Shown: positions 11,852 to 25,749, counted from the first letter of the stretch. The stretch: 64,000 bases of DNA from Torpedo marmorata (GCA_977017645.1 OZ360235.1:37138001-37202000); one strand, 5' to 3'. A program made the numbers and translations. Notes: generated by a model not told the origin, from the letters alone.

Positions 11852-13620
11852 ATGGAAAATGTCTGAGACCCGACAAGCTGGACCTCGATCCGCAAACACC
11901 AGAGGCCGTCAACGCTTTCGAACTCTGGCTAGCCTGCTTCGAGTCGTTCCTGGAGGAAATCAAGGTACACGAAGACGCTTCAAAACGCAAAGTCCTCCTC
12001 TCTAGGGTCATCCCACGGGTCTACTCGATGATCCGAGACCTGCAGACCTACGAAGACGCGATGAATGCCCTCAAAATACAGTACATACGGCCAGTAAACA
12101 CCGTATATGAGCGACATCAGTTTGACGCAGCAGCAGCGGCCCATTGAGTCGAGCGCTGAGTTCGTCCGGGCCCTACAGAAACTCGTGCGGGCCTGCGATT
12201 GCCAGGAACTGACGCCCGGAGAACACGCGGAGCTCCTGGTAAGAGATGCATTCGTCACGGGGACCAGGTCGGTGTATGTGCGCCAGCGCCTGCTGGAACA
12301 AGCCGACCTCACCTTACACTTGGCGATAGAGCTGGCTGAAACGCTGGAAGCCGCTCTGCAAAACTCAGACGCTATCCAGGCGTGCGATCTCCCGCCGGCT
12401 CCGTGGATACCGCAGACCCCGCTCCCCGCCAGCGAATCGACCACAGTTGCCGCCAGTCGCGAGTCCGAGAAGTGCTACTTCTGTGGACTGGAAAAGCACC
12501 CCCGGAAACACTGCCCGGCCCGAGAGACGACCTGAGCCAGCTGCGGGAAGAAAGGTCACTTCGCCAAGGTCTGTAAGTTCAAACCGCGAGCGGGATCAAG
12601 CAGCGCCGCGTGCGAGGCGTGGGAGTCGCCATTGTTGCTGTCGCCATCTTGCCCGTCCGCTGCCACCATGTGCGAGACATGGGGGTGGCCATCTTGTTTG
12701 TTGTCATTTCCGTCGTCGCCATCTTACACACGCGCAACCAACACGTGCGAGTCTGGGGAGCGGCCATCTTGTTCATCGCCATCTTGCCGACACGACGCGG
12801 CCCACAACCCGCGGATGCCGCCATCCCAGGCTTCTCCGTTGTGGGAATGGAACACCAGGCACTCCATCGCGTTGGATGAAGACAGCGACTCAACTTTGGC
12901 ATCCGTTACCCTCGACCAAAGTCTACCCCACCAACTCGCGAGGTCTATGATGGACATTCTGGTGGAAGGACACAGGACAAGCTGCCTTTTCAACACGGAC
13001 AGCACGGAGAGCTTCATCTACCCAGACACGGTGCAGCGCTGTGGACTGACGACACAACCGGTAAGCCAGAGGGTCGTCATGGCTTCCGGGTCGCACACAC
13101 CAGACATCCGAGGGGGGGGGTTGTGCAACGATGCTAGTGGTGCAGGTCACTGAATATCGGGACTTTACACTACTGGTCATGCCTCGACTGTGTGCCCCTG
13201 TGCTACTGGGGCTCGACTTCCAGAGCCACTTTCAAAGCGTGACGATCGAGTATGACGGAACCCTCCCACCAATCACTGTCGGTAACCCTCAATTCCTCAG
13301 ACATACTAAACGTATCCTGCCACATCACACGCGCAGCCGCATCGCAGACACTACTTGCCGCCTATCCACCCTTAAGATCAATCCCCCAACGCTGTTCGCC
13401 AACCTGACCCCTGACTGTAAACCTGTGGCAACCAAAAGCAGGAGATACAGCACGGAGAACAGGGCCTTCATTAAGTTGGAGGTGCAGGAATGGTCAGGGA
13501 AGGGATCATTGAGGCGAGCACAAGTCCCTGGAGGGCCCAGGTGGTTGTCGTTAAGAACGGGGAGTAAAATAGGATGGTGGTAGACTATAGCCAGACCGTC
13601 AATAGGTTCACGCAGCTCGA
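11852..13620 (+). pseudogene. Ty3/Gypsy (Mag-like) gag-pro-RT, frameshifted and 3'-truncated within RT
   Basis: Gag (LRPDKLDLDPQ..., RDAFVTG...RQRLLE), tandem CCHC knuckles (CYFCGLEKHPRKHC, *ASCGKKGHFAKVC), protease site decayed to LFNTDS plus LLGLDF, RT start SPWRAQVVVV...MVVDYSQTVNRFT ending abruptly near 13620. Confidence 0.9.
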
Positions 13621-15183
13621 GTTTTACATGACTTGCATTGAAATTCTGTGCAACACATCATCCTTCTCCAAATACTGAAGCATTTCATTCAGCCTGTCTT
13701 CATGCATCTGTCGATTTGGTGCTGTGATGAGAATTGCATTCAATAACATGCTTCCCCTTCAATTTCATGCAAAATTTGATTCATTATGACCTGAAAAATT
13801 CCTGGGAGGAAGAAACACTAAACAGCAGCTCATCAAACTCAAGTTGAAGGGAGGCATTCACCAGATCAAACTGAAAAATGTGTCCTCCCGTCCGCTTTGT
13901 GAACAAATTTTCCACACTTGGAAAAATCACATGGATTACATTTATTGATTAGCAGTCATTGTATAATTACCACATATTCTTAACTACCATCTGGTTTATG
14001 CACTAGAACTCTGGACAGAGCTTAATGAAAATAAAGCTCACAGCTTCAAATCTTTTCTGTTCTTGCTTTATGCTTCCTTTCAGACTACAAAGCATTTGGT
14101 ACAGTTAGCAACAAGTAGATCTTGCTTCTCTCTTAACTCTTACTTTATCCTTGAATCCTTGAAGTGAAGTTTCTGTTTGACTGAAAACCCTTGGATATAT
14201 CTTTCACATATCGCACATCAAGGGGAATTTTACTTCAACACAAAATCTCTCACTCAAATCCAGAATCAATGAATCTAACCAAATTCTTCCTTTGAGGCTT
14301 GTTTACCTTACTTCACTGTGACGATGGGGAAGGAGTCAAATGCTTCTTGTATGTGGCTGGAACAAACACACATCCAAATGGAGGAATCTTCTCTCTTCCA
14401 ATTCTACATATTTCTACTAGCTATTTCTCAACTTTTTATAGTAAAGCAATCGTGAGATGACAATTGATGCACATTGAATTCTGTGGTAAATGCAATTCCT
14501 TCCAATAATATTCAGATGGCAATCCCCTGCAATTTGTTGCTGGATATCCTTGTGCTCCTCATGACAAGAATCTCGAGTGATCTTTCCATTTTGTGCTTGT
14601 TCTATGATGGTAAGCAGTGATTTCCACTTTCATTGGTGCAGGTGAGAGTGGCCAGTGTACCTGCCAGGACAACCACAAGGAGACAGGGGATGACTGTAGC
14701 CTGTTCAAGGTGTCACAATCCCTGCACCATTCAGCAGTGTTGGAAGGAATTTCATCATCTGACATAAGTTCTAGACCAATGGCACACTGCCCTTTCATTC
14801 TGACACTCACTCAAACACTCAGATAGATTGCCAGGGGAATGTGCATTTAAAGGTTGATGCCCTTCTATCAGTGATGCAAAGGAAACTGTCTCCAACAGGA
14901 CATAGAATATTAATGCTGGGTTAAGTGGAGGAAGAGATGTAGGATCAGCGATGGGGGTGGGGGGGTATTCCATGTAGATGATATGGTGTGTGTGTGTGTG
15001 TGTGTAGTTCTTCAGGAGCAACAGGATCTCAACATGAGCAGCAAGCTCTTTACTACCAGCAGTGATGTGCATGTCAGCAGTTTGCTTTCCTTCACGAGGA
15101 TAGCGAAGCCATGCACAAGATGATCACTTTCCAAGAGAAGCAGAGACAAGGCTCGCAGTAACTCACCTCCCATATGCATCTCA

Positions 15184-15660
15184 AAGGTTCATTTTATTGT
15201 CACATATTAATACATTACAAACGTAATATAGATTCAATTTCAAGATTCAATTTATTGTCATAGTAATAAAGCAGTGTCATATTACATGAAATTTATTTTT
15301 GCCTGCTGCAAGGCAGACAGATTCGCCACCGGCAGAAACGGCCTAAGCGCCTCTAACATTCCTTACAGTCAGAGAAAGAGAAGCAAAAGAGAATCCCCCC
15401 AGAGTCACCAAGTGTCCGTAGATTCGCCTCCCACGCTTCTGCAGCCTCCGCAGCCACACTGAGTCCAGTCCAAACCATCGGCAACCTGAGCTCCATATCC
15501 GAACCTCCGACACGGTCAGGAACCCTTCAGCGCCCTCGGCATATACATGATATACTTCAATTTTGTCTGTCATAAGGCAAATAAAGAGTCACCATAAGCA
15601 TTGCCCCGGCGCCCCTAACAATGGGAGAAAGAGAAACAAAAGAGAGTCACCAATATCCAT
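15184..15660 (-). mobile_element. Cluster of non-autonomous retro-element 3' ends with a Rex1-type tail
   Basis: Repeated TTTATTGTCA...CATGAAAT tail motif as at the Rex1 3' end (42474-42500); internal duplicate block AGAAAGAGAA...AAAAGAGA. Confidence 0.45.
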
Positions 15661-15900
15661 TCCTGGTCAAACAATTCAGAGTGTGACTCTGTGGAAAGTG
15701 AAGTTATCACGGACCCGAACCCTGTGGTTCGGGAATCTATCAGCAGCTCAGCTACAGGTTTTGCAGCTAAAACAATGGTGAGCAGTTAACGACAGGCCAC
15801 TGGCAAATGGTGCACATGATGATCCAGAATCCTAGATTCTATTGCTGAAAGCAGGAGGATGGTGGAGAGTGGAAGTGAAGGTAAACATTCCTTTCTCCTG

Positions 15901-15978
15901 TGGGAGATCGCTTTGCTGAGGTCGTAGATTGGGAGATCGCTTTGCTGAGGTCGTAGATTGGGAGATCACTTTGCTGAG
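15901..15978 (+). repeat. 2.7 tandem copies of a 29-bp unit copied from inside the adjacent Penelope element
   Basis: TGGGAGATCGCTTTGCTGAGGTCGTAGAT starts at 15901, 15930 and 15959 (partial); source sequence at 16035-16064. Confidence 0.95.
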
Positions 15979-16610
15979 AACTTATTTACTGCATCCGGTG
16001 CTCCCTTTGTGGCTTTCTCTACATCGGAGAGACCGGTCGTAGATTGGGAGATCGCTTTGCTGAGCACCTCCTCTCCGTCCGCATCAACAGTGACCTCCCA
16101 GTAGCCAGCCATTTCAATTCCGAGTCACACTCCCACACTCACATGTCTGTTCATGGCCTTATGTACTATCCCACCCAGACTACCCGCAAATTGGAGGAAC
16201 AACATCTCATTTTCCGTCTCGGCACTCTCCAGCCAGATGGCATTAACATTGACTTTTCTGCTTTCCACTAAACCTGCTTGTCTTTTCCTTCCCCTCCCCC
16301 CTCACCTGTCCTTCCTGTTTTTTTCCACCCACCCAGCCATCCCTCCTCCCCCTCTTTGCTGCTGTCCCCTCCCTCCTTTCTCCACCTATCATCTCCTGCC
16401 TTTGCCACCCCCCCCCCTTCCCCCCTCACTCTTTTGTTCAGACGCCTGCCGGCATTTTCTCATACTTTGATGAAGGGCTCAAGCCCGAAACATCGGTTAT
16501 GTATTTCTACCTTTGCTACATAAAAGACACTGTTTGACCTGCTGAGTTTCTCCAGCATTTGTGTTTTTTACTTCAACCACGGTGTCTACAGATTTTCGTG
16601 TTTTACTTTA
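15979..16610 (+). mobile_element. Penelope-like element 3' part: GIY-YIG endonuclease C-terminus, pyrimidine-rich UTR and pLTR
   Basis: Open frame NLIYCIRCSLCGFLYIGETGRRLGDRFAEHL...PVASHFN...EEQHLIFRLGTLQPDGIN to the stop at 16271; TTGATGAAGGGCTCAAGCCCGAAAC at ~16467-16491. Confidence 0.92.
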
Positions 16611-19600
16611 AAATACTCCAGCCTTTTGTTCAAGTGCATTCAAGTTTTCCTGACTTACGTGGCAAGAAGTTTGAATTTAAATACAATTAAGGCTGTGTGA
16701 CCAGCTCAATGCTTCCAGCGGTTTTTTTTTCAGTTTTAAAGCAGCTGCAAGGGTATTGATTTTCATATCCCAAAAGTCATTATACGTGAAGTCAAAGGAT
16801 ATAGATATCATCATCATTGACCTGATGAGGCAGATTTTGCTACTGCAGGTACATTTACAATTGCCAAGGTTTCTCTCCAGTTAAAAACACTAACATGCAG
16901 ATTCTGCGCTTCATCCAAAGTTCAGTTCCACTTTCAACAGTGAAGCAGATTTTGGAAGCTGAGTAAAACATGCAGTTGCTCCCACATAGTGCTTTATTAA
17001 CCAAGAGTTTTCATTAATTTTTCTCAAAGCATCTTATTGGAAGAAATTTTCTTTTCATCCAATCAGCTGCGAGAAATTTACTTGAAATGAAATGTGGCAG
17101 CAACATAAAGCAATAGATTGACACCATAAATAGCAAATATTGTTATATTTTAGATTGTAAAATACTAATACTTCATTTAACACTCAGGTCGTGTTCCCAA
17201 GAAATGAGAATGCTGATAGAATCAGTGCTAAAGGGGGACTTTAACAGCATTATAGAATGAGAGATGTATTACTTACAGCTGTGCTGGGAACCTAACATGA
17301 ATCTCAGCAATGAATTTCCCACAGCTCAGTTGGTAGAGTTGCCTCAGAAGGCTGATGGTGAATTCGTCACCAATCCTGGGAGGTTGGGCTCGGGGCTGCA
17401 CTACGGCTGGTACAGTGTGGGTCACTGTTGGAGATTACCAGGACCTGCTCCATGTTGTCACAGACCACTTAAATCTCTTTCATCATTACTTGTTGCATGT
17501 GATGAAGCCGTCTTCTCCCCCTCTTTTTGTTTGGCTGTACAGCTCTCCCCAACCCAGAGATTTCTCTACAATAAGATTCAACAGCTGTCAGTGAACAGCA
17601 GCTTCTAGAACATCCAACACATGAAGCAGCTGCTGCCAGTAAGGACCAATGGACAGCACTCACTATGCCAGATCTGAGCCCCACATCTCGGTGCAGTGCT
17701 ACTTCACTACTCATCACTCATCTTAGCCTTCACAGGCATCCTCTCCACAACAAGTCATGGAGAGCACTAGTGGAGCAGAGGTTGGTGCCAGGTTTCTGGC
17801 ACAGCAGTGGGGTGGTCAAGGACTCTCGCCAGTTCACAGTGTAGCAGTCCCAGTGAGGGTCTTTTTTTAGAACCTGTGAATGTTCAGATGGGAGGACCAA
17901 GAGAGCAATAATGAATCTGTGCTCTGTGAGGTTGTGCTAAGCAGAGTACCAGTGTTAATCAGACATTTGCAACTTTCTCTGCAGCACTCTGCAGACTGTT
18001 TAATTTTATACATTAATGTTAGTCATAAAGAAATTCCATGATTTAGAAATTATTTAATATCATAATTTAAGCTTTGGGGTTTGTGCCTTTGCATTACAAA
18101 GCTATTTTTCGCTATAACTAACTCTGTGGATAGGAATACCCTGTTCCAAACTGGCCTTACTGCATTTTTCCAGATATTTCAATATACAAAATTCTGCCTA
18201 TCAAAATAGTTTCCAGAAATAAATTCCTTTCAAAAATTGAGGAAAGCACATACTAACACTCTAAGTTGGCAACAGGATGCTAATGGGGGAGGGGGCATTT
18301 AATGGTGAAAATGAAAATAAAAAGGCCACAAAGTGGAAGACAACATATTTTAACAAAACACATATTAAATCACAACTACGATACATTTGCAGAACAGAAG
18401 AAAACATAATGGTCTTCTTTGATTTTTCTGCTCCTTGTGTTCGTAAAATATGGTTTAATTAGCTCTCGCCTAAATGATCGGCATTCTGAACAAAGGTCGG
18501 CATACAAATCTCTATTCTTGTAACTTTGGTATATTTTAATTGTTGAATCTATTTACATTGTGTCATTATGTAGCAATAAATTTGCTGTTAATTAGCTTAT
18601 TGATTTTGTTTTCTTGTCTTGACAACTAGTTCACAGAGTACTGTTACAAAACATCAGAGGGTAGTTCATTCCAAAGATAAGGCAATTCCAATGATTATTT
18701 GTTGAATCACCTGTTGTCGAACATGGTATTATGTAGAAACATGCTCTTACAAATTTTAGTAAATTGCTCATACACATTTGGTGAATAACTGACGCACACA
18801 TTTGATTGGGCCTGAGCATTTTGGCTCATTGCTAAAAAGAATCTAGAAATTGTAAAACAAGTACATTTCATGAACTTTTGACAAAGCCATTACCAATCTT
18901 CATCAATAAAAAATATTTCTATAAAATACATCAAACAAGTACTTCTACCTTATATCAACTGGAGTTACAACCAGTCACTGAAAAAAATTGGAAGTCTCGT
19001 TCAGAGACACTTCCTATAAAACAATGTGACATAAGGGAAATAAGCTATGTGTGCCAAAAACCTTTATGCCTGGAGAGGAAAAAAACATGAAAAAAAATCT
19101 AAATAACCAAATAAAATGTAATGTTGTTAGGATGTCGTTATTGGTGGAACTGTATATTTTATACGTATATTATCATTTAGCCCAACACATAAAGTTTAAT
19201 TAAAATATTATTTTCCCAACAACCCAGATTCACACCTACTGTACAGAATTTCAGTATAGCACCTGCCCCCTAAACAACATCACAAAGGAGATCAGGCATG
19301 AAATGGTCATAAGTGTTTGTTTCCAGTAGATTTCACTTTTCTCTTGCAAGCTACAGCTTGACATTTTGTAAAATCTCCAGGGACCAAACATTGAAAAATC
19401 GAGTTACAGAAGGAGTGCACTGTAAATTCCATGAAGTCATGTAATATGTCTTAACACAGATGGGCACACAATGGTAATTCGCAGTAGTTGATAATAGAAC
19501 AATACCTTCTGTTTTGTCTAGGGAAAGAGCAATGCATCTGCTACATTGTCAGTCATTCTACATATCTTTTAGTGTCATCCTAATGTAGAAGACGACTCTA

Positions 19601-20540
19601 TATGTCAGGCCAAGTGTACAGTACTGTAGGGATTACTACAGGAATATGAAACGTATTCTGCTATTGAAAACAAATTACTGTACCCTTATGCTAAATCGAA
19701 ACACCCTTGGTGAAATTCTTTTCCTAACATTGCATGCAAATTAAATATTTTCTGTTGTTGTGATTACAAATTTTTGCATGATGAATTAAGATGGGAACGC
19801 AATTCTCTGAATGAAAACATGTGGTTTAATGGAGTATCTTTCCTGTATCTGTGCTGCATAAAACCTCAATGATTATAGTTTCTAAATTATGCTCAAGGGC
19901 AAATTAAAATTTGCATGAGAGTTTTAGCTTGATGAGCTGGATGCTGTACAGACAACAGCACGCAGTGTAACTTTTAATTTTGCATATTTCCCTAAAGACA
20001 GAAGAGTGTATGGATTATAGGAAAATGAGAAACTTGCCAAGCTGGTATCAGCTGAACAATGTATCTTCTTAACTGACATTAATTAAAACTCCCAGTGGTC
20101 TCCTAAACACCTGACAAATACAATAAATGTTGCATAAATGTGCCGTGTGCTAACAGGAGATGTTACCAGGAATGATTAGTACTTTAAAACCAAGATTGTA
20201 GGGAAAATCAGCAAGCCTGCAGGCAATATTACTATGGCGATCATAAATAGAAAATCAACATAGTAGCTCAGACAACAGCCAAATGGATGTTCTTTTATTA
20301 AATTTATTTTCAAAACTACATTGCGGAAGAAGAAGTTTTCAAGAAGCTAGTTGTTTAAAAAAAACACATACAAGTGAACGCATCCACAAAGTACAAAAAT
20401 ATAAAACTCGAAAACTGAGATCAAAATATACAGATATATGAACTCACTCATTTACAATGGTAATGTACAGAAACGACCACACGACGAATTTAAAATAATG
20501 TGAACGTAACATAAAAATTCTAGACACTACTATCTAAATT

Positions 20541-20728
20541 NNNNNNNNNNNNNNNNNNNNNNNNNNNNNNNNNNNNNNNNNNNNNNNNNNNNNNNNNNNN
20601 NNNNNNNNNNNNNNNNNNNNNNNNNNNNNNNNNNNNNNNNNNNNNNNNNNNNNNNNNNNNNNNNNNNNNNNNNNNNNNNNNNNNNNNNNNNNNNNNNNNN
20701 NNNNNNNNNNNNNNNNNNNNNNNNNNNN
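20541..20728. other. Assembly gap (N run)
   Basis: Run of N. Confidence 1.
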
Positions 20729-21494
20729 GCAACTTACAGACTCAGCGCAGAGTAACAATTGGCTGTGAAATGAGAAAAGGTGCCCCATCCGCAGAACTGT
20801 GCATGAGATAACAAATGTGAAAGGACTGAATGCAAATATTGTACTGATAAATAAAATCTAATAGAAAACACAGCCTAAATTTAATGTTACAAGTATTCGA
20901 CCTCATTAGCTGAACATGTTCCTGTCATATTTTCTCTGTAAATGCTTTCATGCAAGACAGGCACAATGAATAAGCTACTCTTTGTACCGGTAGATTTCAC
21001 TTTTCATGCTGCAACTGAGAATAGACTGATCATACAAAAGGTAGTGCTCTAGTATTTATCAGGGTGGCAGCATGAGAGATATTTTTTTCCTTAATTCTAA
21101 GACAAATGTACTTAATGAAATTTTAAAGCTATTTTTTTCTCTTTGCCACAATTTTTAAAAAAAATCTATGACATGTATCAGATTCAAACCTGAAACATAT
21201 TTTAATCAAACAAGTGAAGACAACAATGAAATTTATATTTGGGATATTCTGTTGTATTCCCTAGAAAGTTGTGGCAAAAGACTAGAGAAATGTCATTGGA
21301 ATTTCAGGTTCTATTTTTACCTAATAAGTGTAAAAATTAGAAAGGAAAAGCATTGAGCAAATAAATGAATTATAAATGGTAGTTATAATTGAGTCTCACA
21401 AATGAAATGAACTTGGGTACATAGCAGTTAGATACCAGAGTAGTATACAGTGGTATACTGACAGGGATACATTCAAATCCCACCACAGCAGCCA

Positions 21495-22000
21495 TTTACA
21501 GTATGGGAACAGTCCCTTTGGACTAACGTCGATGCCAACCATGTTGTCTCCACAAGTTGGTCTCATTTGTCTGTGTTTGGCCCATATCCCTCCAAATGTT
21601 TCCTAACCCTCCTGTCTAAATGTCTTTTAAATGTTGTAATTTTACCTGCCTCTACCACTTCTCCTGGGTGCTCATACCATAGACCTTTCACCCACTGTGT
21701 GAAAAAGTTTCCACAGGTCTTGACCCTCTCACCTTAAACCTTATCCTGGGAAAAAGACGAGGACCGTTTACCTTATCTATGCCTTTCATGATTTACATAT
21801 CTCTATAAGGCCACCTCTCAGCCTTCTACTTTCCAGGAAAAAAGTCCCAGCCCATCTAGTCTCTCCTTATAACTAAAGCCCTCTGGTCCCTGTATTATCT
21901 TGTAATTTTTTTTATGTACATACCCATGTCCACACTCATCACCTCTTCAAGTAAATCAATTAAATTTGTGAAACATGATTTCCCAAGCACAAAGCCATGA
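21495..22000 (-). mobile_element. Old CR1 3' fragment
   Basis: ACAGTATGGGAACAG...CCCATATCCCTCCAAA...CTCTATAAGGCCACCTCTCAGCC, colinear with the young CR1 3' end. Confidence 0.7.
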
Positions 22001-23016
22001 TCAATTCAAGGCATTAAATAAATGCTTGTTGATCACATTGTACTGGATCAGTTTACTGCCTGAACCTGCCACCCATTGTGCCTAATTGTAGGTACTAACT
22101 TAATCTAGGAGGCTTATTGAGTTCACTATCTGGGACTGTGTCCTCCTATGAAGTGGAAGAGGCCTTGAATGACCACGAGATCTCAAGTTCTGGATCCTTT
22201 GACTATGCCTCTAGCAGGCCTGATGGCCTTTTGATCACGTACAAAGAGGAGGGATGGTCTGTGCATGCTGACTCTGCATATTATTTTTCTGCCACAATGG
22301 AAGTTAGTAACAATATGATGTGTGGCAGAAGATTACAGATGTAAGTATAATCCAGACCACTATTTATATTTACAACCTTGATATCTGTAATATCCTTGAA
22401 ATTTTTTTCCAGATAATCTTTTCCATCCCGTTCACAAATATCATTCAAGAAAGTAAGTCTGCCCTCATTATTCTATCTAGGCTGCATGTGAGTCCATACG
22501 AACCGAGGCAGCTGACTTTAAATAACAAAATGAGGCAAAGATTAAAAATAAACAAAATACCTTGTTACTCTCTGTATATTTAGTTTTAGCAACATGCTAA
22601 AGTATACTTTAACCATCAAACAGTGGTTTTGAAATACACAATCATAATTAGGTTATCACAATTCTGATCACAATGCACTATCTGTATGATTGAACATTAG
22701 CTTGGCTAATCAATCGGTCATCCGTTGAGATTTTTCTAATGCAATTTTTCAACAGTATGGAATATGCATAAATGGTAAATTTTCTTTAAAGCAATCATTA
22801 GAAGTCATCCAAAAAAGAGTCCAGCTTGCTTCTAATATGCAAGACCTTTTATCACAGAACAAGAAAATAACACTGACATTCCACTCAGTGACTCCCTTGG
22901 GCATGCAACCCTCAACAAAACTCCATTTGCCTGGGCCTCAAAATGGCTCAGATCTCATGCCTGTTCGAGCAGCCAGGACAAATGACTGAGGCACAAACTA
23001 TGCACCCATTTTAAAT

Positions 23017-23292
23017 GGCGGCACGGTTAGCGTAGCGGTTAGCGCAATGCTGTTACAGTGCCAGCGATCGGGACTGGGGTTTGAATCCCGTGCTGTCTGT
23101 AAGGAGTTTGTATGTTCTCCCCGTGTCTGCGTGGGTTTCCACTGGGGGCTCCGGTTTCCTCCCACTGTTCAAAACGTACCAGGGTTGTAAGTTAATTGGG
23201 TGTAATTGGGCGGCATGGGCTCGTGGGCCAAAATGGACTGTTACCGTGCTGCATGTTTAAATTTAATTTACATTTTAAATTTAAATTTAAAT
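23017..23292 (+). mobile_element. tRNA-derived V-domain SINE (HE1-like)
   Basis: GGCGGCACGGTTAGCGTAGCGGTTAGC head, GGTTTGAATCC B box, V domain, (TTTAAA)n tail. Confidence 0.9.
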
Positions 23293-24894
23293 TCTTCTAG
23301 TGGTTCAACGCACACATGAGCAGGGTGTGGAACCACAAAATAATGGCTAAAAGCGCAAAGTTCTTTACTTTATCAGCACAAAAATGAATAAAATTTTTTT
23401 TACAGTGTAAACAAACTCCAAAATATCTTAGAATTATTTCTAAGTACAAGTCCTTCTTTGGTGAGGAATTGTGTGTTTAGTATCAAAAATTAATTTACAT
23501 TTTCTGTACGTGTACGATGAAATAATAAAGCGTATCTTTTGACTTCGGAATAAGTAAATAACCAGGTACAACAATTAAACCACACAAATAATAGGGGAGC
23601 GAGAGTATAAAATGTATAGGAGATTCTTTTTCTCAAATTTCTTTCAATTTGGGATAATTATATTATGAATTTGAACTTATATCAAAGGCGAAGTGTATCT
23701 TGGATATATTGTTGGGGTGTATAATTCACTTTCCAATGGCATGAGGCAATCAAGTTCCCTCAGAACAAAACAACATTAGTCTAAATCAATACTTGAGTTG
23801 TACTCATGTTACAGACTTCTGAAATAAAAGCTTCATGCATTGTTTTATGATATTGTTTTACTAATCCAAATTTAAAATCTTTCTTTTGCTGAGCAGTGCA
23901 TGAGGTATATATTTTGACAAGCAAACTTGAATTAGCAGTAATTCAAATCTTTTCAAATTTAAATAATTCCTGAATTTTCAGGGAATGCTGTAGGGAAAGG
24001 CTGGGATTATGATAATTGCTATAGCAAGAATTTTGCTACAATAGAAATAACATCAATGCAATACTCTGAATGTCCACCTCTAAGATATTGTTCATGATTT
24101 GTTGTCAAGTATAGTATTTTCTGGATAAAACTTCCAATGTTTACACTCAGTCATAGGTGATATTCTTGCTGTATTTCTGAAAGCACCACACTATCACTTG
24201 TTAGCTGTAAAACCTAATAACTAATTATACTTGGGCAACATGTGCATCTTTCCTAGCACATAAGAACAAATAACTCAAGAGATATTGAATTGTGAACAGT
24301 GTGTATAAAATATTGTGCAAATTCCAGTAATCTGTGTATAACCACTTATATGGTTAATTTTAATATAAATGTTCAGTATAAATTCTAACTCACTTTATAT
24401 GCGATTCAGAGAGAGGAACAATGAGGCAATGTGTAGATGATGGAATATGCCATTTAAAAAAAAGGTTTCTGTCATAATTGATTTTACACGCATGCTTGTA
24501 TAAAATTATTTTCACGTTCTACATCACAAAAGCTCTCTTCTCCATGGAAAACCGTTAATCCAACTGAACCGTTAGATGAATAATGTCAAGAAAAAAAGAA
24601 CAGTTTTTTAACAAAATAATTCCCACTGTTTTGTTCCCGAGTGTAGTTTTAGAGAAATACTTGCTGCTTTTCATGGAATAACTGTATAGATTTTACTGTA
24701 CTTACCTGAAAGGTATGTCTCACTCATGAGGTGTAGCTTATATATGACAATCTTCTTTGTGATTGGAATAAAAGAATTCAACATTTTCAACTCTGCATAG
24801 AATAAATTCTAACATGCATACATATAGTTGTCGCCATAATTTCAAATTCTGATAAATTACAATATGCTTGACCAAAGAAGCTTAAACACAAGTA

Positions 24895-25620
24895 CAGTAA
24901 AACCCCTGAATTCAAATCCGGAATTCAAGCAACCGGCAACCTCAAGCAACCGGCAAAAATAAAATCGAGGAAGATAAATAATTTTTTATAAATAAAAATT
25001 TAAATAAAAGTTTAAAATTGTAAAAGTAAATGTTCTCTGAAATAACACATAAACCTTTGGTGAAGATGGGTGCAAATATTCAGCCAGCGGAGTGCCGTGC
25101 TCGTGCTTTGCTCGTAGTAGCTGTTTGAATAAAGATGTGTTTGAATAAAATGGTGTCGCCCAGGATGAAGAGCTGGTTGATGCTGCTCGCCGTTGGGGTG
25201 ATTCTCTTAAAATGTCTCCTTATCTCTGCTTAGTGAGAGTCTTTATCTTTATTAGTATATTATTAAGTATATTAGTAAGGCTTTATCTGTAAACTTGGAG
25301 GAGGGGGGGGGTTAATTATCTATAATGTTATTGTTTGTCTTTCGGGTGGCTCCATGGAGGGGGAGGAACCTGCAGCGACGGTTAAATGTTTTCAAAGAAT
25401 GTGACTGAAAATAAAGTAAAATGCTTTAAGGTTTATATATTCATGGAAGCGAACTTTTTTCAGGGTATGCACAGATTTTTATTTGTGTCTTTTAAACTGT
25501 TTATTCTTAATGCAGGTGTATTAGTTATGCATTGTAAGAGTAAGTCTCAAGCAACCAGAAAATTTGCTTATCCGGCATCTACCAATCCCCGTAGGTGCCG
25601 GATACCAGGGGTTTTTACTG
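24895..25620. mobile_element. Tc1/mariner (Tigger/pogo-like) MITE, long form
   Basis: TA-CAGTAAAACCCCTG ... CAGGGGTTTTTACTG-TA; shares terminal regions with 35499-35718. Confidence 0.85.
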
Positions 25621-25749
25621 TATTTCATATCATTATGTCCATTCTCTTTTACATTCAAGGATATTCAGTAGTGACATTTACATGAGTGTAGTGATTTGAT
25701 ATTGTTTTCATGCATTTACGACCTGTCCACCTATCACAGCTGTAACTTA

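Noticed and set aside
11980-13180. Many overlapping ORFs on both strands
   Set aside because: By-product of the GC-rich, frameshifted Gypsy gag-pol; only the plus-strand frames carry recognisable motifs.
13625-15170. Possible ancient LINE remnants downstream of the Gypsy truncation
   Set aside because: Only faint motif hints; too decayed to assign by eye.
15901-15978. CRISPR-like 29-bp repeats
   Set aside because: Head-to-tail with no spacers, eukaryotic context, and derived from the adjacent Penelope sequence.
23017-23092. tRNA gene
   Set aside because: It is the tRNA-derived head of a SINE, continuous with the V domain and tail.
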